64,000 nt of DNA from Eledone cirrhosa (taxonomy: Eukaryota): contig OZ024757.1 in the NCBI GenBank assembly GCA_964016885.1, positions 33,852,001 to 33,916,000 on the forward strand, given 5' to 3'. Position 1 is the stretch's first letter, and every line of letters begins with the position of its first letter. This document shows, in pieces, positions 1 to 13,651 of the stretch. The position numbers and the translations under genes are program-made. The notes beneath the pieces were generated by a model. The model saw nothing but the letters and a program-made list of their open reading frames with translations. It was not told the DNA's origin and searched no databases.

Positions 1-10
1 TTACAGAAAC

Positions 11-132
11 AGACACCAGTTGTTCAACAGATGTTAACAGGAAGTGTGTGCAGATGAAGACACCAGTTGTTCAACAGATGTTAACAGGAAGTGTGTGCAG
101 ATGAAGACACCAGTTGTTCAACAGATGTTAAC
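11..132. repeat. 47-bp tandem repeat, about 2.6 copies
   Basis: agacaccagttgttcaacagatgttaacaggaagtgtgtgcagatga at 11, 58, 105. Confidence 0.9.
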
Positions 133-139
133 ATATAAT

Positions 140-482
140 GGAGGCACATGGCTTAGTGGTTAGAACATTGGCCTTGCAATCGAAAGGTTGTGAGTTCAAT
201 TCTCAGACCGGGTGATGTGTTGTTTCCTTGAGCAAGACACTTTATTTCACATTGCTCCAGTTTACTCATATGTAGAAATGAGATGATAGGGACTGGGGTC
301 CATATCATTCCACTGCAAAGTGGTCGTGGAGGTGCCACGGCAAAAAAGCACCCAGCACTCACTGTAAATGAGGTTGGTGTTAGGAAGGGCATCCAACTGT
401 AGAAATCAAGCCAGAATCAGTTCCCGTCCCACCCTTGCAAGCAGGGAAAAGTGGACGTAAAATGAAATGATGATGATGATGA
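140..482 (+). mobile_element. tRNA-derived SINE (family 1) with RTE-LINE-like 3' tail
   Basis: A box tggcttagtgg, B box gagttcaattctc, ccttgagcaagacactt core, tail ttgcaagcagggaaaagtggacgtaaaa(tga)n; near-identical inverted copy at about 35290-35610. Confidence 0.85.
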
Positions 483-1318
483 TATATGATAATGCAAATC
501 ATCATCATCATTTAACGTTCGTCTTCCACACTAGCATGTATATATCATGATATATATATACATATTATGTTGGTACCACAAAACACCCAGCCCACACTGT
601 AATATGGTCAAGTAGGTGTCACAACAAAATGCACCCAACCCACACTGCAAAGTGGTCGTGTAGGTGTCACAACAAAAAGCTCCCAGCCCATACTCTAAAG
701 TCATTGTGTAAAAGACAGCAAAAAGCACTCACTGTAAATGTGGTTGGTGTTAGGAAGGGCATCCAGCCATAGAAAACCAGCCAGAAACAGTTCCAAATGA
801 GCAAGACATGGTCACTCGACCAAACTTGCCTCTAAATGGTACAAACCAGTCTAACCCATGCTAGCGTGGAAGACGTTAAATGATGATAATGATACATACA
901 TTCATGCATGTATTCACACACACACACACATATATATATAAAGAATTTGAAGTTTGAAAGCCACAACATTGCAGATTGGATGGATAAATAATTAAGTCGT
1001 AAGAAACGAGAAGTGTGTTTTTACCTTAACTTATTCATATGACCTGATATTTCGAGATCAATATATCATCTTCCGAGGAAAATAAAGGAACTATTCCAGT
1101 GTCTGATGCAGCTATCATCATCATCATGTAACGTCTGCTTTTTCTGCTAACAAAAGTTGTATGATTCTACATAGACCAAGTCAGTCTGTATCCTGCTTAC
1201 GTATGGTCATATGAGTGCAGAGGAAACGTTGTGTCTTTTGACACAAACTGAAGGGTCTTCCTAACCCCTTGTTTGGCAAGCTTCCTATGGCTGGATGCAT
1301 ACACACATATCCACCCAT

Positions 1319-1391
<73 letters not shown>

Positions 1392-1599
1392 TTTATTTAT
1401 ATTTATATATATACATACATATATTTATTTATTTATATATATTATATATATATATATATTTATTTATTTATATACATGCATATGTATGCATGTATATATA
1501 TCTGCGTGTGCATGCAAAAAGTAAACAGAAAACAACACAGCAGAATGATACAGTACAAAAATATATATTAGATTAAAGCTTGATATAGTAGTAAAAAAG

Positions 1600-1723
1600 T
1601 CTTAACGTTTCAGATGTTTGTCTTTCATCAGAAGATAGAATGAGAAATAGCAGGAGAAATAAAAAGTGGAAAATGAGAAGAAAAAAATATTTTTTGGTGG
1701 GTGGCATGGAGGATATATTAATG

Positions 1724-1757
<34 letters not shown>

Positions 1758-1930
1758 ATGAGATTCTACAGGAATAGAACTGTTTCATTCTTTCGAAATC
1801 ATCAGACGATTTCTAAAGAATGAAACAGTTCTAGTCCTGTAGAATCTCCTCTATATTAAAACTTTTATACTCTGCTATGTATTGAGTACCTTACTTACTG
1901 TGGTTACCTCCGAATCAACCCGGAATAACT
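1600..1930. mobile_element. Penelope-like-derived foldback with hammerhead-like cores
   Basis: Minus strand CTGATGA-stem-GAAAC at 1600-1635 and about 1782-1806; hairpin about 1760-1848; same family as 61985-62233. Confidence 0.55.
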
Positions 1931-1988
1931 TACCTATATATATATAGATATGTGTGTGTGTATATATATGTATGTGTATATATATATA

Positions 1989-2020
<32 letters not shown>

Positions 2021-2648
2021 CATACATACATATATATACACACACACACAGAACAAAAGTTAGAGTGTTTACACATAATATACACACAAACACACTAAAT
2101 TTATGTGCTCTCTCACATTCTTTCTACTGCCCTATGCATCAACACACACACACACACACATATGTATATATACACATATATATATACCCAGAAACATTCG
2201 TGTCTGCAGTTCTGCTCACATGCCAACACAAGAGCAAGAATGAAGGGTTCATTCTACTGACATGGCTATAAAATTGAGGCTTGTTTGCATAATTGCAAAC
2301 GAATCGAATGTTATTATTAATATTAAAAAAACTCAGATTACATTTATATATATATATATTATATATATATATATTATATATATAAAGAAATTCATAGATA
2401 GCTATATATGTATTTCCATCTGTAGATTAATATACAGGTAGTTAAATAAATAAACTCTTAGACAGACAAACATAAATAAATATACAGATAGGTAGATAGA
2501 CAGGGGCTGACTGATAGATAGGTAGGTAAATGGACAGACAGATAGGGTGATTTAAGTGCATACACAATTGAAGCAGAAGATAGATAGATAGAGAGATAGA
2601 TCAGGTGGTTGGTTAGATTTCAGAGAGGAATTTGATCGTGTCACTTAC

Positions 2649-2733
2649 CCGTTAGGACTTGTGGTGGTAGAATTTCAAAGATAAACATGAATAGTGCACT
2701 CAAAGTAAATATTCTTGATGTGAAAGTCGCCAT
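2649..2733 (-). CDS. First coding exon of an unidentified secreted or membrane protein (MATFTSRIFTLSALFMFIFEILPPQVLT-G, signal-peptide-like)
   Basis: Exon 2821-2649 with ctctacag| acceptor, aaaaATGG start context, basic-hydrophobic-polar N-terminus, phase-1 donor G|gtaagt; unique sequence amid microsatellites. Confidence 0.65.
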
Positions 2734-3709
2734 TTTTCGGTTGCACTATATGCTGTAAATGCCCAACACTGTTCCTCCAAAAATACAATGTGTAAACACT
2801 ACATATAACTGCTTGTTGTCACTGTAGAGATAGAGGGCTAGATAGATAGATAGAGTGTTAGAGGGATGGAGGTGGGAGGGGAATGGATAGATAGGTTGAT
2901 GGTTGGAGAGAGAGATAGATTGATTGGTTTATTAACAGATAGACAGACAGATGCACAGATCAATAAATGAATAGACAGGCAGATATATAGGTAGATAGAT
3001 AGATAGATGAGTAGGTATGTAGAGAGCTAGATAAATAGACAGTCAGATGGACAGATAGCTAGATAAGACAGAGTTAGATAAGCAGTGAGGTTGGTAGCTA
3101 AATAGAAAGACAGACAGATAGATAAATAAAGAGACAGATAGTTAGATAGATAGACAGACAGTTAGATATATAGATAGACAGAGAGAGAGAGGGGGTGACT
3201 TGATAGATAGACAGATAGGTAGGTAGGAAAGTCCTAGAAATAATGGACAGATGATTCTTTGGAAGGTTTGTTTTGGAAATCTTCAAATATTCCAGCAAAA
3301 AAAGTCTGCTGTTCCTTCTGCAAATATATTTGCACGTAGTCTATTTAATATTATATCTATATTACATCAATATTTATATTCTTATGCTTATAGTTCTCTT
3401 ACTCAGCCAATTGTAACTGTATTGTCACATACATATGTATATCTTATATACCATGTTCTCCTCTCACCATGTCAAAATGATATGAGGGGTTTTTATATGT
3501 GCGAGCTGATGTAGCTTACATGATGCTGTTGTTGTTGTTGCTGTGGTGGTGGTGGAGGTGGGGGTGAGCGTTCTTCTTTCCCAATATTGCGTTGTGGGTA
3601 TTATGTAGTTTGTTGTTGCTCTTGTTGTTGTTGTTGCTCTTGTTATTGTTATTGTTTTTGCTTACTCAATGATGTTGTTACATAATAAACATGGTATTTA
3701 TTATTGGTG

Positions 3710-3750
<41 letters not shown>

Positions 3751-3998
3751 ATGAATGTATATGTGTTTGTATCTGTGTATGTATGTATATATGTGTGTGT
3801 GTGTGTATGTATGTATATGTATGTGTATTATGTATCTGAGTATGTGTGAATATGTGTATATTTGTGTGTGTGTGTATATATATATGTGTGTGCGTATGTA
3901 TGTCTGTGTGTTTGTATATATATATGTATGTGTGTGTGTTTGTATCTTTGTATGTATGTGTTTATGTACCTGAATATGTATGTATATGTGTATATTTG

Positions 3999-4037
<39 letters not shown>

Positions 4038-4793
4038 ATGTATCTCTGTGTATATAGATGTGTATGTATGTGTAAGGAGGCGGGGTATAGATATGACTAT
4101 GTGCACGTGTGTCTGTGTGTATGTTTTGAAGAACTACTACTACTACTACTACCACTACCAACACCACCACTTCTTCTACCACTACTACAACTACTACCAC
4201 CATTACCACTACTACAGCCACTGCTACAACCACCACCACCACTATTACCACTACAACCACCACTACTGCTACTACCACTGCTACTAGCACCACCACTACT
4301 ACCACCACTACCGGTACTACCACCACCACCACTACTACCACCACCACCACCACCACCATCACCACACCACCACCACCACCACCACTACTACTACAACTAC
4401 TGCTACAGTGAATTTAGAATGGCGACAGCAACAATAACAACACCATAGATAGATAGATAGAAGTGTGACAGAGAAAGGCAGAGACAATAAGGGGGGGGGG
4501 GGCAGACAAATAGAGAGAGACAGAAAGAGAGATGGAAAAATATATTTATACACACACTATATATATATACATACATACACACATATATATATATACACAC
4601 ACACACAATATATATATACACACACACAATATATATATACATACACACACATATATATATACACACACAATATATATATACACATATATATATATACATA
4701 CAATATACATATATATATACACACACAATATATATATATATATATATACACATACACACAATATAATATACACACACACATATATATATATAC

Positions 4794-5186
4794 ACGGCAT
4801 CTCTGAAAAATATATACATACTTCAACAGTATTATAATCAAAATATGTATACATTTTTGGGGCATATCCTGTGTATATACACACACACACACACATATAT
4901 ATATATACAGAGGGCGTCCCTGAAAAATGTATACATGCTTCAACAGTATTATAATCAAAATATGTATACATTTTTGGGGGACATCCTGTATATATTTATA
5001 CACACACACATATATATATACAGAGGGTGTCTCTGAAATATGTATACATTTTTGGCGGACATCCTGTATATATTTATACACACACATATATATATATATA
5101 TATACAGAGGGCGTCCCTGAAAAATGTATACATGCTTCAACAGTATTATAATCAAAATATGTATACATTTTTGGGGGACACCCTGT
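4794..5186. mobile_element. Tandem array of four tiny Tc1/mariner-type MITEs separated by (TA)/(CA) runs
   Basis: TA|cagagggcgtccctgaaaaatgtataca ... tgtatacatttttgggggacaccctg|TA terminal inverted repeats. Confidence 0.7.
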
Positions 5187-5546
5187 ATATATATTATATA
5201 CACCAACATAAAGTGATGATACTGCTTATTGTGTTGTAAGATCGAATATTTAAAGTAGTAATAGCTGCTGTTGTTATTGCTCATGTTGTTTACTGACATC
5301 ACCTCCTACTGCACTCACGTAGCTCTCTTCTCAGTACAGCTATAACCTTCTCCTCTCTCTACCTGTCTTTTCATTAACATCGTCTGCTTACCTGTCTATC
5401 TTCCTGTCTGTCGTCCTGTCTCTTTGTTTATTTGTTAGTCTCTTCAATTACTAGACACAACACTTTTTTCTCTCTCTTCCACTCTTTATCTCTCTGTCTA
5501 TCTCTTTATTTACTTATCAGTCTATATATTTCTACCTGTCTATATA

Positions 5547-6080
5547 TTGACCACTGAGTCCATTGTCATGATCAAACCGCCACCCTCCTTCAAAAACGAG
5601 GGAGAGGATGTTTTCCTATGTGTTATGGCTATGGTGAAAGAGGTTATATGGTGGACGAGGTTAAAAGGGCTGAGGTCAGACACCTTTCTCACCGGCGAGC
5701 AACTGATTCGTTTTTTCAAATATCATCTTGGAAGAAGAATCAGGATGGAGAGAGAGGTGCTGTACCCCAGCAAATTTTATAAAAGGTGAGTCAATGTGGC
5801 AAAGATGGCCCGACTGGTTGGGCCTTCTCTCTATATAAGCCTGTAGGTTGAGGAAAAAGAGGAAGAGAGGAAGGGAGTACTCACTCTTGGTGCTCCTGGA
5901 GATGAGGGTTGTACATTTTTTCGGGGTGTGTACAACCCCTGTGTAACACCTCCCCCCTATTGGGGATTTCAATTGTTATTTGTTATTTTATTAATAGTTT
6001 TATTTTCATATACCTGTATGTAAACTCCCCATTTGTACTTGTCCCCGTCTTTTGTGCCCTTGTGTCTAATAAAGAAATCT
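5547..6080 (+). mobile_element. Tx1/L1-like non-LTR retrotransposon, 3' fragment
   Basis: AMVKEVIWWTRL C-terminal motif, 3' UTR ending aataaagaaa then (TCTA)-type repeat. Confidence 0.75.
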
Positions 6081-6159
6081 ACCTGTCTATATATCTACTT
6101 ATCAATCTATATATTCTACCTGTCTATATATCTACTTATCAATCTATATATTCTACCTG

Positions 6160-7167
6160 TCTCGCTGACGGAGCTGCAGTCCTGGGTGAAGCGAAGACCG
6201 AAGAAGATGGGCGCCTGGCACATTGAATGCGCCCAGGCGCTCACAGTCCTCTGTCAAACAGGCACAGCAATCAGTGGAGACTCCACTTCGACATTCTGTA
6301 GAGAGTGGGTACGTCACAAGTGCGACGACGTGCTCGGGGAGACTCTAGGTGTCGAAGATGATGAGTTGACCAGTCTGTTTGATAGGACTTTCCGCCCAGG
6401 ACCTATGGACAACTTCCAGAGGTCCCTGGCCTAGCAGTGCTACCAAGGAGCTCTACTCGTTCGAGATAAGATCTACAGGCATGGACGCCCCGGCAGGGAT
6501 CCTTCCAAGAGGACGTGTCCAAGATGCGAGCAGGACATTGAAACCGTCTTGCACGCAAATGTACACTGCCCGGGCGTAAGCAACCTGTGGAACTACGCAG
6601 AACAACTGCTGTCGCGTATGGGACAAATCCAGTTGACTGCCGAGTCCATAGTAAGGATCAAACCACCAGCTTCTTTCAAAAACGAAAGAGAGGCGGATTT
6701 CCTCTGTACAGTGGCTATGGTGAAAGAGGTTATATGGTGGACGAGATTGAGAGGACTGAGGACAGATGCCTTTCTCTCCGGACAACAATTGATTCCCTTC
6801 TTTAAGTATCACTTTAGAAGGAGAATCAGAGTGGAGAGAGAGGCACTGCACCCCAGTAAATTTACTGAAAGGTGGGTGAATGTGGAAAAAATGGCCCAAG
6901 TGATGGGGCCTTCTCTGTTTATAAGCCTGTAGGTTAAAGAAGAGAGCAAAGGGAAGAAAGGAGCACTTGCACAACACGCTCCTGAAGTTGAGGGTTGTTC
7001 TATCGATGGGGTATTAAACAACCCATTTGTGGCGTCTCCCCCCTATTGGGGATTTCGATTGTTATAATTGTTTGTTTCAATATTTTTACACGACTGTATG
7101 TAAAATCCCCGGCATGTGTCTTTGTATTGTCCCCTTTTCTTGTGCACCCTTGTGGCAAATAAAGAAA
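6160..7167 (+). mobile_element. Tx1/L1-like retrotransposon, 3' fragment with CCHC zinc finger
   Basis: CPRCEQDIETVLHANVHCPGVSNLW ... AMVKEVIWWTRL; same 3' UTR as neighbouring copies. Confidence 0.8.
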
Positions 7168-8060
7168 TCTATCTATCTGTCTACTTATCATTCTATCTAT
7201 CTACCTGTCTCTCTATCAATCTATCTGTTTACCTATTATTCTATATCATTATACCTGCCTGTCTGTCTGTCTACCTACCTGTCTGTCTGTCTATCTACCT
7301 GCCTGTCTGTCTACCTACCTGTCTGTCTGTCTGTCTACCTGCCTGTCTGTCTACCTACCTGTCTGTCTGTCTGTCTACCTGCTTGTCTGTCTACCTGCCT
7401 GTCTGTCTGTCTGTCTACCTGCCTGTCTGTCTGTCTATCTACCTGCCTGTCTGTCTACCTACCTGTCTGTCTGTCTGTCTACCTGCTTGTCTGTCTACCT
7501 GCCTGTCTGTCTGTCTGTCTACCTGCCTGTCTGTCTGTCTATCTACCTGCCTGTCTGTCTACCTACCTGTCTGTCTGTCTGTCTACCTGCCTGTCTGTCT
7601 ACCTGCCTGTCTGTCTGTCTGTCTACCTGCCTGTCTGTCTGTCTATCTACCTGCCTGTCTGTCTGTCTATCTACCTGTCTGTCTATTTATCCATCTATAT
7701 ATTTCTACCTGACTATCAATCTATCTGTCTGTCTCTATATTTCTCTATCTATTTCTCTGCTTACCTGTCTATCTATCTACCTGTCTATCTATCTACCTGT
7801 CTACCTGTCTCTATATCTATCTACCTGTCTATCTATCTCTCTATATCTATCTACCTGTCTATTTATCACTCTATATCTATCTACCTGTCTATTTATCACT
7901 CTATATCTATCTACCTGTCTATCTATCACTCTATATCTATCTACCTGTCTATTTATCACTCTATATCTATCTGCCTCTTTGCCTGTCTATTTACCATTCT
8001 ATATATATCTACCTGTCTATCGATCTACATGCCTACCTATCTGTCTGCTTGGCTCTCTAT
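7167..8060. repeat. Compound (TCTA/CCTA/CCTG/TCTG)n tetranucleotide microsatellite
   Basis: Direct inspection. Confidence 0.95.
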
Positions 8061-8369
8061 CTCTCTATTTACCATTTAGGCATAAGGCTGGTAGTATTCT
8101 GAGGAAAGGAAGAGCCAATTAAATTGACCCCAATACATTACTAGTACTTTATTTTAATAACATTGGAAGGATTTGAACTCAGAATGTAAAAACTCTACCT
8201 ATTTATCTCTCTGCTTGCCTGTCTCTCTGGCTGTCTATCATTCTATATCTATCTATATCTACCTGCCTGTCAATTTATCTATCTATGTGTCTGCTTGTCT
8301 ATCTATCTTCTTTTGTGCCCCTGTGGCTAATAAAGAAACATATCTATGTGTCTGCTTGTCTATCTATCA

Positions 8370-8665
8370 TTTTATGAAAGGTGGCTGAATGTGGCAAAGA
8401 TGGCCCAAGTGGTTGGGCCTTCTCTCTATATAAGCCTGTAGGTTGAGGAAAAAGAGGAAGGGAGTACTCACTCTTGGTGCTCCTGGAGATGAGGGTTGTA
8501 CATTTTTTCGGGGTGTGTACAACCCCTGTGTAACACCTCCCCCCCTATTGGGGATTTCAATTGTTATTTGTTATTGTATTAATAGTTTTATTTTCATATA
8601 CCTGTATGTAAACTCCCCATTTGTATTTGTCCCTTTCTTTTGTGCCATTGTTGCTAATAAAGAAA
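8370..8665 (+). mobile_element. Tx1-like 3' fragment, near-identical to 5775-6075
   Basis: Direct sequence match. Confidence 0.8.
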
Positions 8666-9334
8666 TTTATCTATCTATCTATCTGTCTGTCTGTCTGTCT
8701 AATTGTTATTCTTTACCTGTCTGTCTATATATCTATCTATCTCTCTGTTTGTCTATCTACTTATCCATCCATATATCCATCGATCTTCTTCCTCAGGCAA
8801 ATACATAACCAAACCCGAAGGTCTTAGAAATGTATACAGCATACAGAAAATAACACTATAGACACAGCACATATATTCCAAAGAGTTATCTCAATACAAT
8901 AGAAAGAACAACACAACACACAGATCTGTGCTTGATACTGCAGTGATAACATGCAATGAAAATAAGACTAGTAATAATAATGGTTTCTACTTTAGGCACA
9001 AGACCAGCAATTACCCAGTGCATTACTGCTACTTTATTTTATCGACCCCGTAAGGATGAAAGGCAAAGTTAACCTCAGCGGGATTTGAACTCAGACCATA
9101 AAGGGCCGTAACTCTATGCTCAATAATCATGGTTTCTGATTTAGGCACAAGGCTAGTAGTATTCTGGGAGAGGGAAGACCCAATTAAATTGACCCCAGTA
9201 CATTACTAGTACTTTATCTTATTGACGTTGGAAGGATTTGAACTCAGATTGTAACAACTCAGAACAAGTATTGCTAAGCACTTAACTGAGGCTCTACCGA
9301 TACTACCAATCCATTGCCCTAATAATAATGGTTT

Positions 9335-9762
9335 CATTTATTGGCCACAAGGGCTGACATATAGGGGACAATACAATAGACGGAGACAGTGGGGGATTTT
9401 ACACCAAAATCGAGTAAAAAATAGGAAAACAATAACAATAAACAAGAAAAATACCTCAACAGGAGGGATAACCAACCACCCAGGGTTGATTCAGGTACCC
9501 ACCAATCCTGAACCACCCGACGCTTCGCGGGCACCCCTCTCCTCCCTCCTTAAATTCACCAGCCTACAGGCGCATGATCAGAGTAGGCCCACTCACACGG
9601 GGCATTTTCACCACATTCACCCACGTTTCAGCAAATGTACTGGGGGCAGCACTTCTCTTTCCACCCTCATCTTCCGTTCCAAGTGAAATTTGAAAAAGTT
9701 GATGAGGAATTACCCGAAGAGAAATGTGTCTGTCTTCAGCCGTTTCAACCTGCTCTACCATA
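9335..9762 (-). mobile_element. Tx1-like 3' fragment, diverged subfamily
   Basis: FAETWVNVVKMPRVSGPTLIMRL* parallels FTERWVNVEKMAQVMGPSLFISL*. Confidence 0.7.
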
Positions 9763-9764
9763 CA

Positions 9765-10265
9765 ATAATATTAAACACCAGAAAAAGTGTCAGAGAATGA
9801 CAAAGCAACCATTCTCTGGAATATGCCAATACATACAGACAGAGAGATCAAAGCCAACCAACCAGATATTATAGTCAAATACCATTAAGAAAAGAATTAA
9901 TTTCTAATAGATGTATCAATCCCCCACAGACGACAATATATCTTCCAAGAAAATGGAGAAACTCTCCAAATCTAAAGATCTAGAGAAAGAAATAACTCGA
10001 ATGTGGAAAATGAAAACTGAAACAATACCTATAATTATATGTTCTCTAGGAATGATAAAAAACACACAGACAATTACATAACCCAAACCCCAGGACTTAC
10101 AAATATATACAGCATACAAAAAATAGCACTACTAGGCACTGCACACATATTATGAAAAGTACTATCAATACAATAGAAACAACATCAGCAAAAATTACAT
10201 TACACATACCCAAGGTGCACAGAGCTGTGCTCAGTAAAGCAGTAATGATGTGCAATAATAATAAT
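9765..10265 (+). mobile_element. R4/Dong-like non-LTR element, restriction-like endonuclease fragment
   Basis: ILWNMPIHTDREIKANQPDIIV...FLIDVSIP...KDLEKEITRMW with stops; (TAA)n tail; shorter copy about 8800-8980. Confidence 0.8.
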
Positions 10266-12069
10266 GCTTTCTTTATTAACCACAAGGGTTTACATAAAGT
10301 AGACATTAAGGACAGTACAAATGGGCATTTCTGCGTGTAAAAAACAAAAACAGAGGATGTAACCAAAAAAATAACAATGAAAAATTCCCCAATACAGGGG
10401 AGACTTCCGAGGAGGCTAATGGTTTAATAGATTCAACATGGCCACTGTAGACTTGTAGTGATACATCCACCAATTGTGTGGAAAATGAGGCTAGAAAAAC
10501 GTCACCCTGATTTTCAGTAGGTAGCCAAAACAAAAGATGCATTTTTAACTTAATCTTGTTGTGTAGTCTTTCATCCAGCAATGACCATCCCAACAGAGTA
10601 CAGGAGTGGACTAGACATATGGCCATCTGATCAGTCCTAGGTGGGTGGCTCTGTAGGCTAGGAAGAAAAAAAATACGGCTGAAAAATGTTACACAACCTG
10701 AAGTTACAGCTGCTGCACCAAAAGTGAAATGAAAATCTAATGTGACTTAGCTGAGCAGTAAAAACACATTTCTGACCCTCAGTTAGTCACCATTATCCAA
10801 CCACCCAGCCAACCAACCACCCAACCACCCAGCCACCCATGCATCCTTCCACTTTACCACCTGCACAGCAACCCACTCATCTCCCCTTCCATCCAACCAT
10901 CCACCCACCCAACCAACCATCCCCTCAACCAACCATCCCCCAAACCACTCACCCACCTAACCATCTATCCCCTCAACCAACCACCACCACCCACCCAACC
11001 AACCATCCACCCAAACATCTATCCCCTCACCCAACCACCACCCACCTAAACATCTATCCCCTCACCCAACCACCACCCACCCACCCAACCATATACCGAC
11101 CCTTCCATCTCTCCAATACAAACAATCAGTTTGAAATCTTGCAGCTATCATCTTGGTCTATCTCCTCCACCAGTTTTAGTTTAAAAAATACTGACCCAAA
11201 TCCTCACAAAATCTACTCCGTTGTCTTTTCCACTGAAATATCAAACAGCATTCTTCGTTTCAATTCCTCAACCATTTACATCACTCGTCTCTCTCCCTCT
11301 CGCCTAAAACTTATATATTTCCCCCTCCTCCTTGTTAAGACATACAGCTACTTGCATCATTTCCAAAAGTCGGCTGCCATTATAGCTAACTTTCTCTGTC
11401 CTCTGTTTCACATATTTCACACGCTATAATTCCACTTCCACTGCTTCTACCAGCCCCTCTCTACCTCTACTATCCCTCTCCCTCGCTTTCTCTCTACCTC
11501 TCTCTACTACCTCTCTCTCTCCCTACCTCTACTACCTCTTTCTCTCCATCTCTCTCGCTCTTTCTCCATCTCCCTACCTCACTCACTCTCTCTCACCTCA
11601 CTATCTCCCTCTCTCCTCACTCTCTTTCTCCCTCTCTCCTCACTCTCTTTCTCTCCATCTCACTATCTCTCCGTCTACCTCTCTCCTCACTATCCCTCCC
11701 TCACTCTCCTCGCTCTCTCTCTCTCCATTACACCCTCCCCCACTCTCCCATTGTCATTCAATCTCCATACACACAAACGTCTTGTAAAACACATTAGCCC
11801 CAACACACACACCCGTTTTGTGATGCACATTAACGTTAGCACACACACATATGATCATATAAGTTGACACACCAGATATCTATCACAGCTTAGGACTGAT
11901 TAAACTACTTGGTCTCTTACTACTACTACAACTACTACCACCACTACTACTACTATAACTGCTGCTACTACTACAACTCTTACTATGACCACTACCATCA
12001 CTACTACCAACATTACCACCATCACTACTACCACCACCGCCATCACTACTAAAAGAGATCAACAATGCT

Positions 12070-12525
12070 AGTGACAGCACGAAAAGCACCCACTCCACCC
12101 TGTAAAGTGGTCATGCTGGTCATACTCGTGACATGATGAAAAAATGTCCAGTCCACCCTGTAAGTTGGTGAAGCTGGTAACACGACAAAAAGCTTCCAGT
12201 CCACCCTGTAAGGTGGTTGTGCTGGTGACACAACAAAACAGCACTCGGTCCACCCTGTAAAGTGGTCATACTTGTGACATGATGAAAAAATGCCCAGTCT
12301 ATCCTGTAAAGTGGTTGTGCTGGAGACACAACAAACTAGCACCCAGTAAGGTGGTCATACTTGTGACATGATGAAAAAATGCCCAGTCCACCCTGTAATG
12401 TGGTTGTGCTGGAGACAACAAACTAACACCCAGTCCACCCTGTAAGGTGGTCATACTTGTGACATGATGAAAAAATGCCCAGTCCACCCTGTAATGTGGT
12501 TGTTTTTAGGAAGGGTATCCAGCTC
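12070..12525 (+). repeat. Degenerate repeat of about 50 bp derived from the SINE family 1 internal segment
   Basis: Repeated ccagtccaccctgtaaagtggt; ends in ttaggaagggtatccagct like the SINE. Confidence 0.7.
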
Positions 12526-12559
12526 AAAATTGTTGTGCATCAACCAGTATTCAGCACTT

Positions 12560-13040
12560 AGATACTGAAAACTCTTCAAAGGATACCAGCTTTCTGCTAT
12601 GAAATGGTCTATTGTACACTAGAGGCTACATCTGGTATTCTCAATCCCTTAAAAGATTCAAAATTTTCTCAGGCCCTTATCATTATTGCAATAGTTTGTA
12701 TAGTAACTTGATACATCCTTCTGATTTGTAATGACAGATCTCTGTGTTTAATCACTTTATCAGTTTGTTTTTCTACCACATTAAAGTTGCATGGTGCCAC
12801 AATGTGAATCAGTAGCCAACATTTATTCTCTTTATCAATGACAATTATATCCAGCCAGTTATTTTTTATTGTTAGGTCTGTGTAAACTGTGAAGTTCCAG
12901 TACATATCATCATTCTCAGTTACTGATTCAGGGATGTGTTCATACCAATTTTTACTGATACTAAATCCAAACTTCTTACACAAAATCCAAAGTGCAACTA
13001 ATATGTCATGTTTGGTTTTGTAGCAAGTATTTGCAATTTT
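12560..13040 (-). mobile_element. Old R4/Dong-like endonuclease fragment
   Basis: WYEHIPESVTEND...YWNFTVYTDLTIKNNWLDIIVIDKENK. Confidence 0.75.
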
Positions 13041-13164
13041 GTGTCATCCACATACCACGTGCATTACATTTTCAGACTTCACCACACATCTGGCATTGCT
13101 CAACTGTTATTGGTTTATCAATGGTCACTTTAACCCTTTAACATTTAAGCTAGCCATATCCGGA

Positions 13165-13650
13165 CCCTTCACCGGAGAGGAGCTTCAGAGAGCCAAGAAG
13201 ATCAAGGAGGGCAAGGTTCATGGAGAAGATGGAGTGGCATCAGAGGAGATAAAGAGGTGTGATTTTGATGATATCATCCTGGGGTTCTGTAATCAGGCAT
13301 TGGAGAAAGCAGTTGCTCCGAATCAGTAACATCGTCCCAGTGCCAAAGAATGGAGATCTCTCTAACACCAACAACTACAAGGAGATGTCACTTGTGACAA
13401 AGACCCTCAACAGGATGATTCTTAACAGGATCCAGCCCGAGATGGAGAAGAAGTTCAGGGACAACCAGAATGGCTTCAGAGAGGGAAGATCAACTGCCAG
13501 TCACATCCTGATGCTGAGAAGGATATTAGAGGGAGCTAGAGCAAAGTGCCTTCCTGCAGTCATGGTTTTTATTGACTTTAGGAAGGCCTTTGATTCTGTG
13601 GACCTTCACTGCCTGATGAAGATCTTACAGGCTTATGGAATCCCCAAGTA
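13165..13650 (+). mobile_element. LINE reverse-transcriptase fragment (RTE/RTEX-like)
   Basis: IVPVPKNGD...NQNGFREGRST...FIDFRKAFDSV. Confidence 0.85.
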
Positions 13651-13651
13651 A

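Noticed and set aside
140-215. tRNA gene
   Set aside because: A and B boxes are present but run into a SINE body repeated elsewhere; no clean cloverleaf.
7027-8122. Long ORFs of 198-350 aa
   Set aside because: Translations of tetranucleotide microsatellite; the same applies to the YI/HT/CV-rich ORFs at about 1200-5300, 30835-31552 and 56200-57044.
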